A DNA stretch of 59,435 nucleotides, the filler included. It is 6 parts of 6 records of this genome, joined end to end, with 100 filler letters (N's around TTAATTAATTAA, not from the genome) between each part and the next. Parts side by side here need not be neighbours in the genome. Positions count along the whole stretch, not along the records: positions 1 to 14,118 come from DRR378314_1112; positions 14,219 to 21,704 come from DRR378314_1116; 4 more parts are not named here. One strand, given 5' to 3'. The notes under the pieces are model-generated. The model saw only the letters and a program-made list of their open reading frames with translations. It had not been told where the DNA came from and ran no database searches. Positions 9,169-18,731 of the stretch are shown here, piece by piece; the first letter of the stretch is position 1; every line of letters begins with the position of its first letter. Made by a program: the position numbers and the translations under genes.

Positions 9169-9465
9169 GTGAGGCCGGTCCTGCACGGAGATATCAGCGC
9201 GGCGGCGCGGGCGTTGTTGTCCGTGCCGCTGCCTGATCGCGACCGGTTGAGCTGTGTTATGATTGCCGAGGCTGAACTGGCGGATCAGCATGTTGCAAAA
9301 ACCGGCCGTTTGCATCCCTTGTTTGGAAATGGCTCCCTTATGGCGGTCGCAAATAATCGCCCTCTGGCCGATGAACCAAATTTCGGTGATCTGCAATATT
9401 GCCAGTGTTTCGAGATGGTTCTGCGCAAACTGATCCGATTTCACATCACCCAGAGGCGCAGCTGA
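9169..9465 (+). CDS. Hypothetical protein directly after GTA g15
   Basis: 98-aa ORF with GTG start 2 nt after g15 stop; protein-like content (DISAAARALL, GRLHPLFGNGSLM). Confidence 0.7.
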   Translation: MRPVLHGDISAAARALLSVPLPDRDRLSCVMIAEAELADQHVAKTGRLHPLFGNGSLMAVANNRPLADEPNFGDLQYCQCFEMVLRKLIRFHITQRRS

Positions 9466-9784
9466 CACATTTCGATGCGGCAAGGTCTAATTCCAACCGT
9501 CCGTGCGCAATCTCTTCTCCGCAATCTTCGCAATAGCCGAATTCGTCCTCGTCCATCCGGGCCAGCGCGGTCTGAAGGCGATGTATCTCGGTATCACGCC
9601 GAACCTGTTGGGCTTTGGCCATTGCCTGATTTTGCAAGGCATCCATCCGGCTGAGCCGACCAACCGCCTGCTGGTCCAGCTCGACAACCGATTGCGCATC
9701 CTGACCGGCGGCTGATTGCGCGGCCAGATCGCCAAGGCGCTGAAGAATAAGCTGGCGGAAATGTTCCAGTTCGGCTGAGTTCAT
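9446..9784 (-). CDS. DksA/TraR family C4-type zinc-finger protein
   Basis: Coiled coil with VELDQQAVGRLSRMDALQ; FGYCEDCGEEI...RL......KCVSC four-Cys finger. Confidence 0.9.
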   Translation of the reverse strand: MNSAELEHFRQLILQRLGDLAAQSAAGQDAQSVVELDQQAVGRLSRMDALQNQAMAKAQQVRRDTEIHRLQTALARMDEDEFGYCEDCGEEIAHGRLELDLAASKCVSCASG

Positions 9785-9870
9785 TTTTTGTTGCAGTGCC
9801 TATCAAGGGTTTGCGTTTGGCGTTTTTGCCACTAGATGGCTATTCTAAGCGTAGCAAAGGATGAAACGCC

Positions 9871-10680
9871 ATGTTTGAAACGCGCAGCCATGTGACCAAA
9901 GTCGACCCAGTCTGGGATCGTATCACATCTGAAGCCCACGCGGCCGTTGAGCAAGAGCCGCTGATGGGTGGTCTGGTGCATGCTTGTATCCTGCATCACC
10001 GCAGCCTGGAGAGAGCGCTTTCCTATCGTATTTCAGCCAAGCTGTGCTCGAACGAGATGTCGATGATGGTGCTTCGCGAAATTGTGGACGAGGCTTATGC
10101 TGCCGACAAGGCGCTGCTCGAAGCCGCGCGGGCCGATCTGATGGCCGTCTATGAGCGCGACCCGGCGTGTCACCGCCTGCTGCAGCCGATCCTGTATTTC
10201 AAAGGCTATCAGGCAATGCAGTCTTATCGTGTGGCCCATTGGTTGTGGAAAAAAGGGCGGCACGATCTGGCCTATTTCTTCCAGATGCGGTCGTCCGAGA
10301 TATTCGGGATCGATATCCATCCTGCAGCGCGGATCGGCAAGGGGATCATGATCGACCATGCGCATTCCATCGTAATCGGCGAAACCGCTGTTGTGGGCGA
10401 CAATGTCTCAATGCTGCACTCGGTAACGCTGGGCGGGACCGGTAAGGAAGAAGAACAGCGCCATCCCACCATTGGTGATGGCGTTCTGATCGGTGCCGGC
10501 GCCAAGGTTCTTGGCAATATCGAAGTAGGTCATTGTAGCCGCATTGCTGCGGGTTCGGTGGTGCTGCAGGAGGTTCCGCCTTGCACGACCGTTGCCGGAA
10601 TTCCCGCCAAGATCGTTGGCGAAGCCGGGTGTGATCAGCCGTCGATTTCGATGGATCATATGCTAGGCAAGGACCAGTAA
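9871..10680 (+). CDS. cysE: Serine O-acetyltransferase
   Basis: ERDPAC, FKGYQA, DIHPAARIGKGIMIDHA, VTLGGTGK...RHP hexapeptide repeats. Confidence 0.96.
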   Translation: MFETRSHVTKVDPVWDRITSEAHAAVEQEPLMGGLVHACILHHRSLERALSYRISAKLCSNEMSMMVLREIVDEAYAADKALLEAARADLMAVYERDPACHRLLQPILYFKGYQAMQSYRVAHWLWKKGRHDLAYFFQMRSSEIFGIDIHPAARIGKGIMIDHAHSIVIGETAVVGDNVSMLHSVTLGGTGKEEEQRHPTIGDGVLIGAGAKVLGNIEVGHCSRIAAGSVVLQEVPPCTTVAGIPAKIVGEAGCDQPSISMDHMLGKDQ

Positions 10681-10696
10681 TTTGAATTGAATAAGT

Positions 10697-10734
10697 AAAA
10701 AAGGCCGCCTCGAGTTCCGAGACGGCCTTTTTTT
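10697..10734. terminator. Bidirectional rho-independent terminator between cysE and pdhC
   Basis: A6-GGCCGCCTCG-agttc-CGAGACGGCC-T7 between convergent genes. Confidence 0.85.
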
Positions 10735-10752
10735 GTATTAGGTCGTTATGGC

Positions 10753-12054
10753 TTAGGCCAACATGACCACCGGGTTTTCCAGGTTATCCACGATGGCTTG
10801 CAGCAACTGGGCCCCCAGCGCGCCGTCAATGACACGGTGATCAACCGACATTGTGACCGACATAACGGTGGCGACTGTCAGCTCTCCGTCTTCGCCTACG
10901 ACAGGCTTCTTGAGGCCGGTGCCAACCGCCAGAATGCCTGCATGCGGCGGATTCACGATGGCGTCGAAGTTGTCGATACCGAACATGCCCAGGTTTGAGA
11001 CCGCGAAAGTGCCGCCCTGGTACTCATGCGGGGCCAGCTTGCGTTCGCGGGCGCGGCCCGCAAGGTCCTTCATCTCAGCCGACAGAGCAGAGAGCGACTT
11101 GGTGTCGGCGTCCTGCAGGACCGGCGTGAACAGACCGCCTTCGATCGCAACCGCAACGGCCACGTCCGAGGGTTTCAGTTGCAGAACCCGGTCACCCGCC
11201 CACACGGCGTTGCATTCGGGAACCTGTTGCAGGGCGTTGGCGACGGCTTTGATGATGAAGTCATTGACGCTGAGCTTTACACCACGACCTTCAAGCTGCT
11301 TGTTCAACTGGCTGCGGAACTTCAGCAACGCGTCCAACTTGATATCACGACGCAGGTAGAAATGCGGGATGGTCTGTTTCGCCTCGCTCAGACGCGCGGC
11401 AATGGTCTTGCGCATGCCGTCCAGCTTGATTTCCTCGTATTCGCGACCCTCATACGTGCGGGCAACCATATCTGCTGACGGACCAGCCGGTGCGGCAGCA
11501 GGGGCAGCTGCGGCGGCGGGTGCTGGCGCGGCGGCTGCCGGAGCCGCCGTGGCACTTTCCACATCCGCTTTGACAATCCTGCCATGGGGGCCGGAACCAG
11601 AGATCTGCGCCAGATCAAGACCCTTTTGCGCGGCAATCCGACGGGCGAGAGGGGATGCAAAGATCCGACCGCCATCGGCTTTGACCGCAGCCGCCGGAGC
11701 GGGGGCGGGCGCCTCGGGTGCCGCTGGCGCGGCAGCCTCGTTGCCCGCAGCAGCTGCGGGCGCAGCCGCTGGAGCAGCGGCAGGCGTGGCCGCGATGTCA
11801 TCGGCGCTTTCGCCATCTTCCAGCAGAACGGCGATTGCGGTGTTGACCTTGACCCCCTCCGTGCCTTCGGGGATCAGGATTTTGCCGATGGTTCCTTCGT
11901 CAACGGCCTCGAACTCCATCGTGGCCTTGTCGGTTTCGATCTCGGCCAGCAGGTCGCCGGAAGAGACGGTGTCGCCTTCCTTGACGAACCATTTGGCAAG
12001 GGTGCCTTCTTCCATGGTCGGTGAAAGGGCGGGCATCAGAATTTCGGTGGGCAT
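10753..12054 (-). CDS. pdhC: Pyruvate dehydrogenase E2, dihydrolipoamide acetyltransferase
   Basis: Lipoyl domain [10 protein letters not shown], Ala/Pro linker, [10 protein letters not shown]3-binding domain, catalytic DHRVIDG. Confidence 0.96.
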   Translation of the reverse strand: MPTEILMPALSPTMEEGTLAKWFVKEGDTVSSGDLLAEIETDKATMEFEAVDEGTIGKILIPEGTEGVKVNTAIAVLLEDGESADDIAATPAAAPAAAPAAAAGNEAAAPAAPEAPAPAPAAAVKADGGRIFASPLARRIAAQKGLDLAQISGSGPHGRIVKADVESATAAPAAAAPAPAAAAAPAAAPAGPSADMVARTYEGREYEEIKLDGMRKTIAARLSEAKQTIPHFYLRRDIKLDALLKFRSQLNKQLEGRGVKLSVNDFIIKAVANALQQVPECNAVWAGDRVLQLKPSDVAVAVAIEGGLFTPVLQDADTKSLSALSAEMKDLAGRARERKLAPHEYQGGTFAVSNLGMFGIDNFDAIVNPPHAGILAVGTGLKKPVVGEDGELTVATVMSVTMSVDHRVIDGALGAQLLQAIVDNLENPVVMLA

Positions 12055-12068
12055 CTGTCTGTCGCTCC

Positions 12069-13439
12069 TTACCGGTAGGTCACTTGTTTGACGGCTGCGA
12101 TCACTTCATCTGTGGTGATCAGGGCCAGCTTTTCGAGGTTCGCGGCGTAGGGCATCGGGACGTCCTTGCCAGTGCAGTTGATGACCGGCGCGTCGAGGTA
12201 GTCGAACGCTTCCTGCGTCACGACCGAACTGATGTAGCTGCCGACTGAGCCTTGCGGCCAACCTTCTTCCACAGTCACGAGACGATTGGTTTTCATCACC
12301 GAGTTAATGATCGCGCCAGTGTCCATCGGACGGATGGTCCGCAGATCGATCACTTCGGCACTGATGCCGTCTTCGGCCAGCTTGTCGGCAGCTTCGAGCG
12401 CGTATTGCATCCCGATGCCGAAGCTGACGATGGTCACGTCCGACCCTTCGCGCCAGATGCGCGCCTTGCCCAGCGGGATGGTTAGGTCATCCACCTGCGG
12501 CATGTCGAATGATCGGCCATAGAGGATTTCATTTTCCAGAAAGATCACCGGATTGGGATCGCGGATCGCCGATTTCAGCAGACCCTTGGCATCGGCGGCG
12601 GAATAGGGTGCAACCACTTTGAGCCCTGGTACCTGCATGAACCAGGCCGTGTAATCCTGGCTGTGCTGTGCTGCGACGCGTGCAGCGGCACCGTTGGGGC
12701 CGCGGAACACGATGGGGCAGCCCATCTGGCCGCCGGACATGTAAAGTGTTTTGGCCGCCGAGTTGATGATCTGGTCCATCGCCTGCATGGCGAAGTTGAA
12801 TGTCATGAACTCGACAATCGGTTTCAATCCAGCCATGGCAGATCCGACGGCAATACCGGTGAAACCATGCTCTGTGATTGGTGTGTCAATCACACGCTTG
12901 GGACCAAACTCATCCAGCAGGCCTTGCGAGATTTTGTAGGCGCCTTGATATTCAGCGACTTCTTCACCCATCAGGAAGACATCTTCGTCGCCGCGCATTT
13001 CTTCGGCCATCGCATCGCGCAGGGCTTCGCGGACAGTTTCCGATTTCAATTCGGCATCGGCAGGCCAGTCGGGCGAAAGGTCCACCACCGGGGCTGCAGG
13101 GGCTGCAGCAGCAGGAGCGGGGGCCTCAACCGCCGGGGCGGCCTCAGCCACCGCTGCGGCCGCTGGTGCAGCCGCGGGCAGGGCGGAGGCGTCTTCGCCT
13201 TCTTCGAGCAGGACTGCAATAGGGGTGTTGACCTTGACCCCCTCGGCGCCTTCTTCGATCAGGATTTTGCCAACGACGCCTTCATCGACGGCTTCGAACT
13301 CCATCGTTGCTTTGTCGGTTTCGATCTCGGCCATGATATCGCCGGATGATACTGTGTCGCCTTCCTTAACCAGCCATTTGGCCAGCGTGCCCTCTTCCAT
13401 CGTGGGCGAAAGGGCGGGCATGAGAATTTCGGTTGCCAT
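12069..13439 (-). CDS. pdhB: Pyruvate dehydrogenase E1 beta subunit with N-terminal lipoyl domain
   Basis: Lipoyl domain, then [37 protein letters not shown]. Confidence 0.96.
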   Translation of the reverse strand: MATEILMPALSPTMEEGTLAKWLVKEGDTVSSGDIMAEIETDKATMEFEAVDEGVVGKILIEEGAEGVKVNTPIAVLLEEGEDASALPAAAPAAAAVAEAAPAVEAPAPAAAAPAAPVVDLSPDWPADAELKSETVREALRDAMAEEMRGDEDVFLMGEEVAEYQGAYKISQGLLDEFGPKRVIDTPITEHGFTGIAVGSAMAGLKPIVEFMTFNFAMQAMDQIINSAAKTLYMSGGQMGCPIVFRGPNGAAARVAAQHSQDYTAWFMQVPGLKVVAPYSAADAKGLLKSAIRDPNPVIFLENEILYGRSFDMPQVDDLTIPLGKARIWREGSDVTIVSFGIGMQYALEAADKLAEDGISAEVIDLRTIRPMDTGAIINSVMKTNRLVTVEEGWPQGSVGSYISSVVTQEAFDYLDAPVINCTGKDVPMPYAANLEKLALITTDEVIAAVKQVTYR

Positions 13440-13454
13440 GTCTTATTCGTCCTC

Positions 13455-14118
13455 TCAGGCGTAAATATCGGTCCAGAGCTCGTCCAGCGACGGCTCGGGG
13501 CTTTCTTTTGAGAATTCGGCGGCCTGATTGACGACCTCTTTGATCTCTTTGTCGATCGCTTTCAGGTCATCTTCGGTCGCATGTTTGCCGGTCAGCAGCA
13601 GCTCGCGCACATGTTCGATCGGGTCGCTTTGTTCGCGAACCTTCTGAACCTCTTCACGAGTGCGGTACTTGGCCGGGTCGGACATCGAGTGGCCGCGATA
13701 GCGGTAGGTCTTGACCTCGAGGATGTAGGGACCTTTGCCCGCGCGGCAATGGGCGACCGCTTTTTCCCCTGCGGCTTTCACCGCCAAGACGTCCATCCCG
13801 TTGACGATCTCGCCGGGGATGCCGAAAGCCTCGCCACGGTGGTAGATGTCTTTGGTGGAGGTCGAACGCGCCTGGGATGTGCCCATGGCGTATTGATTGT
13901 TCTCGATCACGAAGACAACGGGCAATTCCCAGATCGCCGCCATGTTGAACGTCTCGTAGACCTGACCCTGGTTTGCCGCGCCGTCACCGAAATAGGTGAA
14001 CGTCACGCCTCCGGTCTCTTTGTATTTGTCGGCAAATGCCAAACCGGCCCCCAGAGGAACCTGAGCGCCAACGATGCCATGGCCGCCGTAGAAATGCTTC
14101 TCTTTCGAGAACATGTGC
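13455..14118 (-). CDS. pdhA: Pyruvate dehydrogenase E1 alpha subunit (5' end cut by contig end)
   Basis: FYGGHGIVGAQ, TPP motif FGDGAANQGQ...NN, TYRYRGHSMSDP. Confidence 0.95.
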
Positions 14119-14218
14119 NNNNNNNNNNNNNNNNNNNNNNNNNNNNNNNNNNNNNNNNNNNNTTAATTAATTAANNNNNNNNNNNNNNNNNNNNNNNNNN
14201 NNNNNNNNNNNNNNNNNN
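14119..14218. other. Artificial contig linker
   Basis: N44-TTAATTAATTAA-N44 (stops in all frames), identical at five places. Confidence 0.99.
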
Positions 14219-14654
14219 AAAGATCGAGGTTGCGCGTTTGTTGCAACAAGTGCAGGATTTCTTCTCCCCACTGTTCAACGAAAAAGCGAGCATCATTCAA
14301 CACAATTATACATAGCGCTCTTTACACTGTGTTGCTCCGCGCTACAAGCATGATTTCAAATTTTTTGGTACTTCATGCGTGGCTATTTGTTGCTTTTTTG
14401 ACCAACAGGGAGCGTACACAGTTTCAAACGAGAACCGGTAGGTGAATTTTGCGGGTGGGCGGGACGCTGCTCCTCGCAGCGCAATCGCTCTCTCGCGCCA
14501 GTGACGCGATTCGACAGAGCACTGACGATCTACAGATTTCGAAAGCACGAACTGTAGCCCATCCGATAACAGACACATCCAAAACAGCCAAACAGACATA
14601 TACATGATATTTCACTCTGCGTCTGCGGAGTTTCCCCAACCACGCGATACTCAC

Positions 14655-17615
14655 CTGTCCAACAGTCACATCACGACAGTCTTTGAGCGCCAGACGCGAA
14701 GTGTCGCCTTTCTTTCCTTTCCACACCAAAAAAGAACCTTGGCTACATCGGGCAAGCAACATCCAGCACAGATCGTAAATGAAAGAGCAAGTTACATTTA
14801 CTCCAATACCTCCAAAACACAATGCGTGTTACGCTTAATGCTCTGCTACAATGGGAAATTTTAATCCCAAATGGGCTCGCGACACGAGCGTGCGTCTTGC
14901 GAGATCATTGCAGCTTGGAAGTGCAAAACGCAACCCATCGCTGCAGCGTACTCGACAGAGCACTTCCGTATCAATGATTACGCGGCTTATCACAGTTCTT
15001 TCGCATTCCCTTCTCTTTTTCTTGCGCGCTATCAGAACACCCGTGGCATGTCCATCTACACTGAGATGAAGTAAAGAAGTCTCTTCAAATCGACTGTCGG
15101 TGCGTGCAACAGTGCAAGTCTAGAGACTGGCCTCTCCCGCAAAGTAAAGTCGCAGCACTGCGCCTCCGATACGGACCTGCTGACTTGCAATTGCAAAAAT
15201 GTCATATGCGGCGACCCAGTCCGGCCGAACTTTAATACATGCATGCCGTGTTTAAGAAGATTAATACATTCTTCCGACGTGTGCATGCCGTTTTCCATCA
15301 CGGGCATGTGCGCTGTTTCCTTTCCGTCGTACGCCATATCCACGTCACTTCCCTGCAGCGCTGCCTGCCGAGCTTGACTGCACGCAAAGGAACCCGAGAA
15401 TACAAGCGCACATATGTGTTACATACTATCAACCGCATAATGTACACCAATTTGAAGAATTTCCACTTGTACCTTGTTATCGAGCCACAGTCTTCAGGTG
15501 AGAAAGAGAGAAAAAATAAGGAGCGATCGTGTTCATTCTCAATCTTCTCTCCACGACGCGTTTCTCTGACATACCGAAGTGCACTCACGAAGAACAGTCG
15601 TTCTCCCTCTGATGCAAAGAACAATGCCAAGCTGCCGCGATAGTCGATGCCATTTAGACGGATTGTCAGAAGTGCCAGAGATGGCTCGCTTGAAAACATG
15701 TCGATGCGAGAGATTTCTTGCAGATGGATTACACGCTGTATTGTACGAGGGTTAGCAACCGGGCAAAAGTGTAAGCAGCACTCAAGCCGAGAGAGCGCTG
15801 AAGACAAGGATGCCTGAGAGACATGAAACTGAATGTACGAAAGCACATGTGCGTGCAGGGGGATAATTAAACGATAAAACGGATAGACAAGGAAAAAATA
15901 TTTTCTTGCAATACAGTCGCGGGGGGGGAGGTACACTGAGGAATCTTCCGATTGACTGGAAACTGGTTTGTTCTCTGCGATGACCACCAAGTTCGCCGAT
16001 TACCCTGGCGCTGAAAGCGAATTTTGCACCTGTACCTTCTTTTGATGATTCAGTTGTAACGGCACACACGAAATCGTTTCTAGCCATACAAAGAACTCTT
16101 TCGTTAGTATAAGACATGTAGGGACAAATTCGTTCTTCGATGTAAGCTTCGACACGAAAAAGTGGTGCTGTGCCGACAGGAGGCAGCAGAAGAAGGAGAG
16201 AACCCCACGAGACGCGCGTATGCATTAGCGCGATATTTTTCGATGCTTCGCTGCTTTAGTTTCACATTGGTAGAAAGACTAAGGAACGTCCAACTATGCA
16301 GCATAATGATAGAGAAAGTCATGAAATTCAATCGTATAAGAAAAACAAACTGTGATCTCTGGTTATCTTATTCATCTCCATCGACCTTGGCCAAGGCGGG
16401 GGAAAAAATGAACGGCAGTGCGCCGCGGCCTGAACTCAGAGAACGACGTCCTCCGACCTCTTCTTCCCGGACCATGTGCAATCGCTTCTTTTTCAGAATA
16501 TTTTCAAGTTCACACAACCATATCATTATGGTTTATGCAATTACAACATGCACTTGCTATCCTGCGCGATGAGGCGTGGTTTTACATCTCGATGCAGCGT
16601 ACACCTCGCAGGCGCGCACCTGGTACACGTATGGATAGAGCAGCACAACTCCTTCGAAGAACGCGCGCCAAAGGTGGTGCACCGTCCCTGCGAGCGCGGC
16701 GAGCGCATTATCTCTTTCTTTGCGCGAGTTGCACCGAAATAAAAGTCTCTCAACCTCGACTGCTGCCAAGTTGGTGATCATGTACGGCTTCGGAGACGAA
16801 GCGAGTCCAACCTCGAGGTCCACTGCACTCGTCGCCGATCTGTTTGCAAAGGTTACAACTCGTTTTGACAGCGGAAAAGTATCGTCGCGAAAAGTCACAA
16901 CTGTGGCGTTGATGTCTTTGCGGCACGAAATCACGTGCATCGAGAGATCCGTGAATATCAAGGCAATTCGTTCGACTATACGACCGAGAAGGCGCAAAAC
17001 GCAGAAGAAAGAGTTAGAAGACGGTCAGATATTTCTCCTTGCGGGAAGGTTGCAGCTCTCGCTGTGCAAGGAGGATCATAGAGCGCCAGTAAGGTGCCAG
17101 CACTCCATGGCACCGACCCAGCCCCGCAGAGAACTGGGAAACGTTTGCGTCTTCTCGCTACCATAATCCTTATCATAGGGCGCTGGATAAACTTTCAAAT
17201 CAAGATTTGAGCCATACGTAGTTTGGAAGTAGTACAATAAGGCCCAAAGGCGTTACAGCAGAAGTCAACGAGGCGGTCATTGCGCAGAGACGGGCGCTGT
17301 CTGACCCCGAAGCAGCACGAAGGAGCTGGACCGAATCACACGTTCGCTGTCCCATCGCAGTCTACTCACGTACGCTGAGTACTCAAGAAAGTAATCGTGG
17401 TTCCTCAAGGCATACTGCGCACCTGTCTCTCCGTTCTCGTTAAGTTGATACATAAGGGGTGTGCGGATTTTGAGAATCTCGCCGACCTGCAGAAACAGAA
17501 TCGCTGGCGGACTCTCGACCTCGCGGCCGGGCGCAAGCTCCATCTGCACCTCTGTCACCGCCGCGTTCAGCTGAATTCGCTGTAGGAATCGCTGATGACG
17601 ACATCCCATTGACAT
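14655..17615 (-). CDS. Eukaryotic multi-exon gene with PH-like domains (model incomplete)
   Basis: Phase-compatible GT-AG introns 15378-15472 and 14743-15176 give LLKHGMHVLKFGRTGSPHMTFLQLQVSSQGSFLVWKGKKGDTSRLALKDCRDVTVGQ, then a GTGAGT donor at 14654; upstream exons end in PH-like C-terminal helices (LFFASEGERLFFVSALRYV; LLFRCNSRKERDNALAAL); upstream exon bounds and 3' end unresolved. Confidence 0.55.
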
Positions 17616-18731
17616 TGTGAACGAGTTTCCGACTTCGTTCGATCAGCTTCCCACTATTGGACCGCTATTATTACACAGTTAGCACTCTGCTGTGTGGCAG
17701 TGGAAGGGGAGTAGCAGGGAGATGCCTGCAAGCTTCGGTCGTTTTGACAATGCGCCTGCTCGAAAGCGCTTCGCTCCAGGATACAGCGCCGAAACACAGA
17801 CGCCAATCTGCCAAAATTCAGTATTCTTATTCCGTAAAATCCTGAGCATGCACGCTTTTCTCCTTTTACCAACGGTATCCGAATATGCTACTTGCGAGAA
17901 CTACACCCGTACCCCAAGTATCACTCCAGCTTCCGGGGGACGAGGAGAAAGCATGCGCTCGATGCGCGCGGCCGCGCTGGGAAGGCGCTGCGCTCGCGGA
18001 AGCGGCGTACCTCGCGCCCACGAACTGTACGCGCCTGTCGCAGGTAGTGGAGGAAGCGCCTGCATAAAATGCGTACATTGTGCACCCGTACACACGTACA
18101 TCTTGCTCCATGTCCTCACTTGGCCCAATATTTCATTTATTCTGCTCAAATCTTTGTGATGAGGGAAAGCTAACCACTTTCGAGATGGTTTGTGCGATAT
18201 GGCTGTGGAACTGGCATCGATTCTGCTTCTTGGTATACAATATCACGTTGGACACCACAGCACCTTTCCGTCTCTATTTGTTCTCAGTATAGAGTAAAGA
18301 GCTAGTAAAACTCCCTACACGGTAAGACTGCAAGCTCAGTGCAGACGAAAGCTGGTGACATAAAAGTTGCAGAATGGCTATAGCCAAGCCAATTCACGCT
18401 CCCTGCTGTCCCAAGCACGCTCGTTGTGGAGTCGCTATGCGCGGCACGGCCTACACTGACGCTCGCCCACCAATTCGCACAAGACACCGTGAAGCCAGGA
18501 GTAAACCGCGTTCTGTAATCCAACCGATATTGAATCAAGAGAAATCACCACAGCTGAGACGGTGTTGTTTCTTGTATTTTGTAGGAACCTGCCCACAGTC
18601 TCCCCCATTTGCTGCTCCGTCCGATCACGGGTAGCCAAACTCTCCACACAGCTCACCAAGGGCCCATGTCTCCCTCGCTCGCTCCGGCTACTCTCACCCC
18701 GGAAGGCCTATACGGTCTACAGTACGCCACA

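Noticed and set aside
11480..13200. GC-rich repeats in pdhC and pdhB
   Set aside because: They encode ordinary Ala/Pro interdomain linkers
14163..14174. TTAATTAATTAA palindrome as a CtrA-like site or biological repeat
   Set aside because: It is centred in N runs and identical at all five junctions, so it is a synthetic all-frame-stop linker
16780..16870. TAF13/SPT3-like motif MYGFGD on the + strand
   Set aside because: Similarity fades after a few residues, and the opposite strand has a better exon with branch point, acceptor and donor
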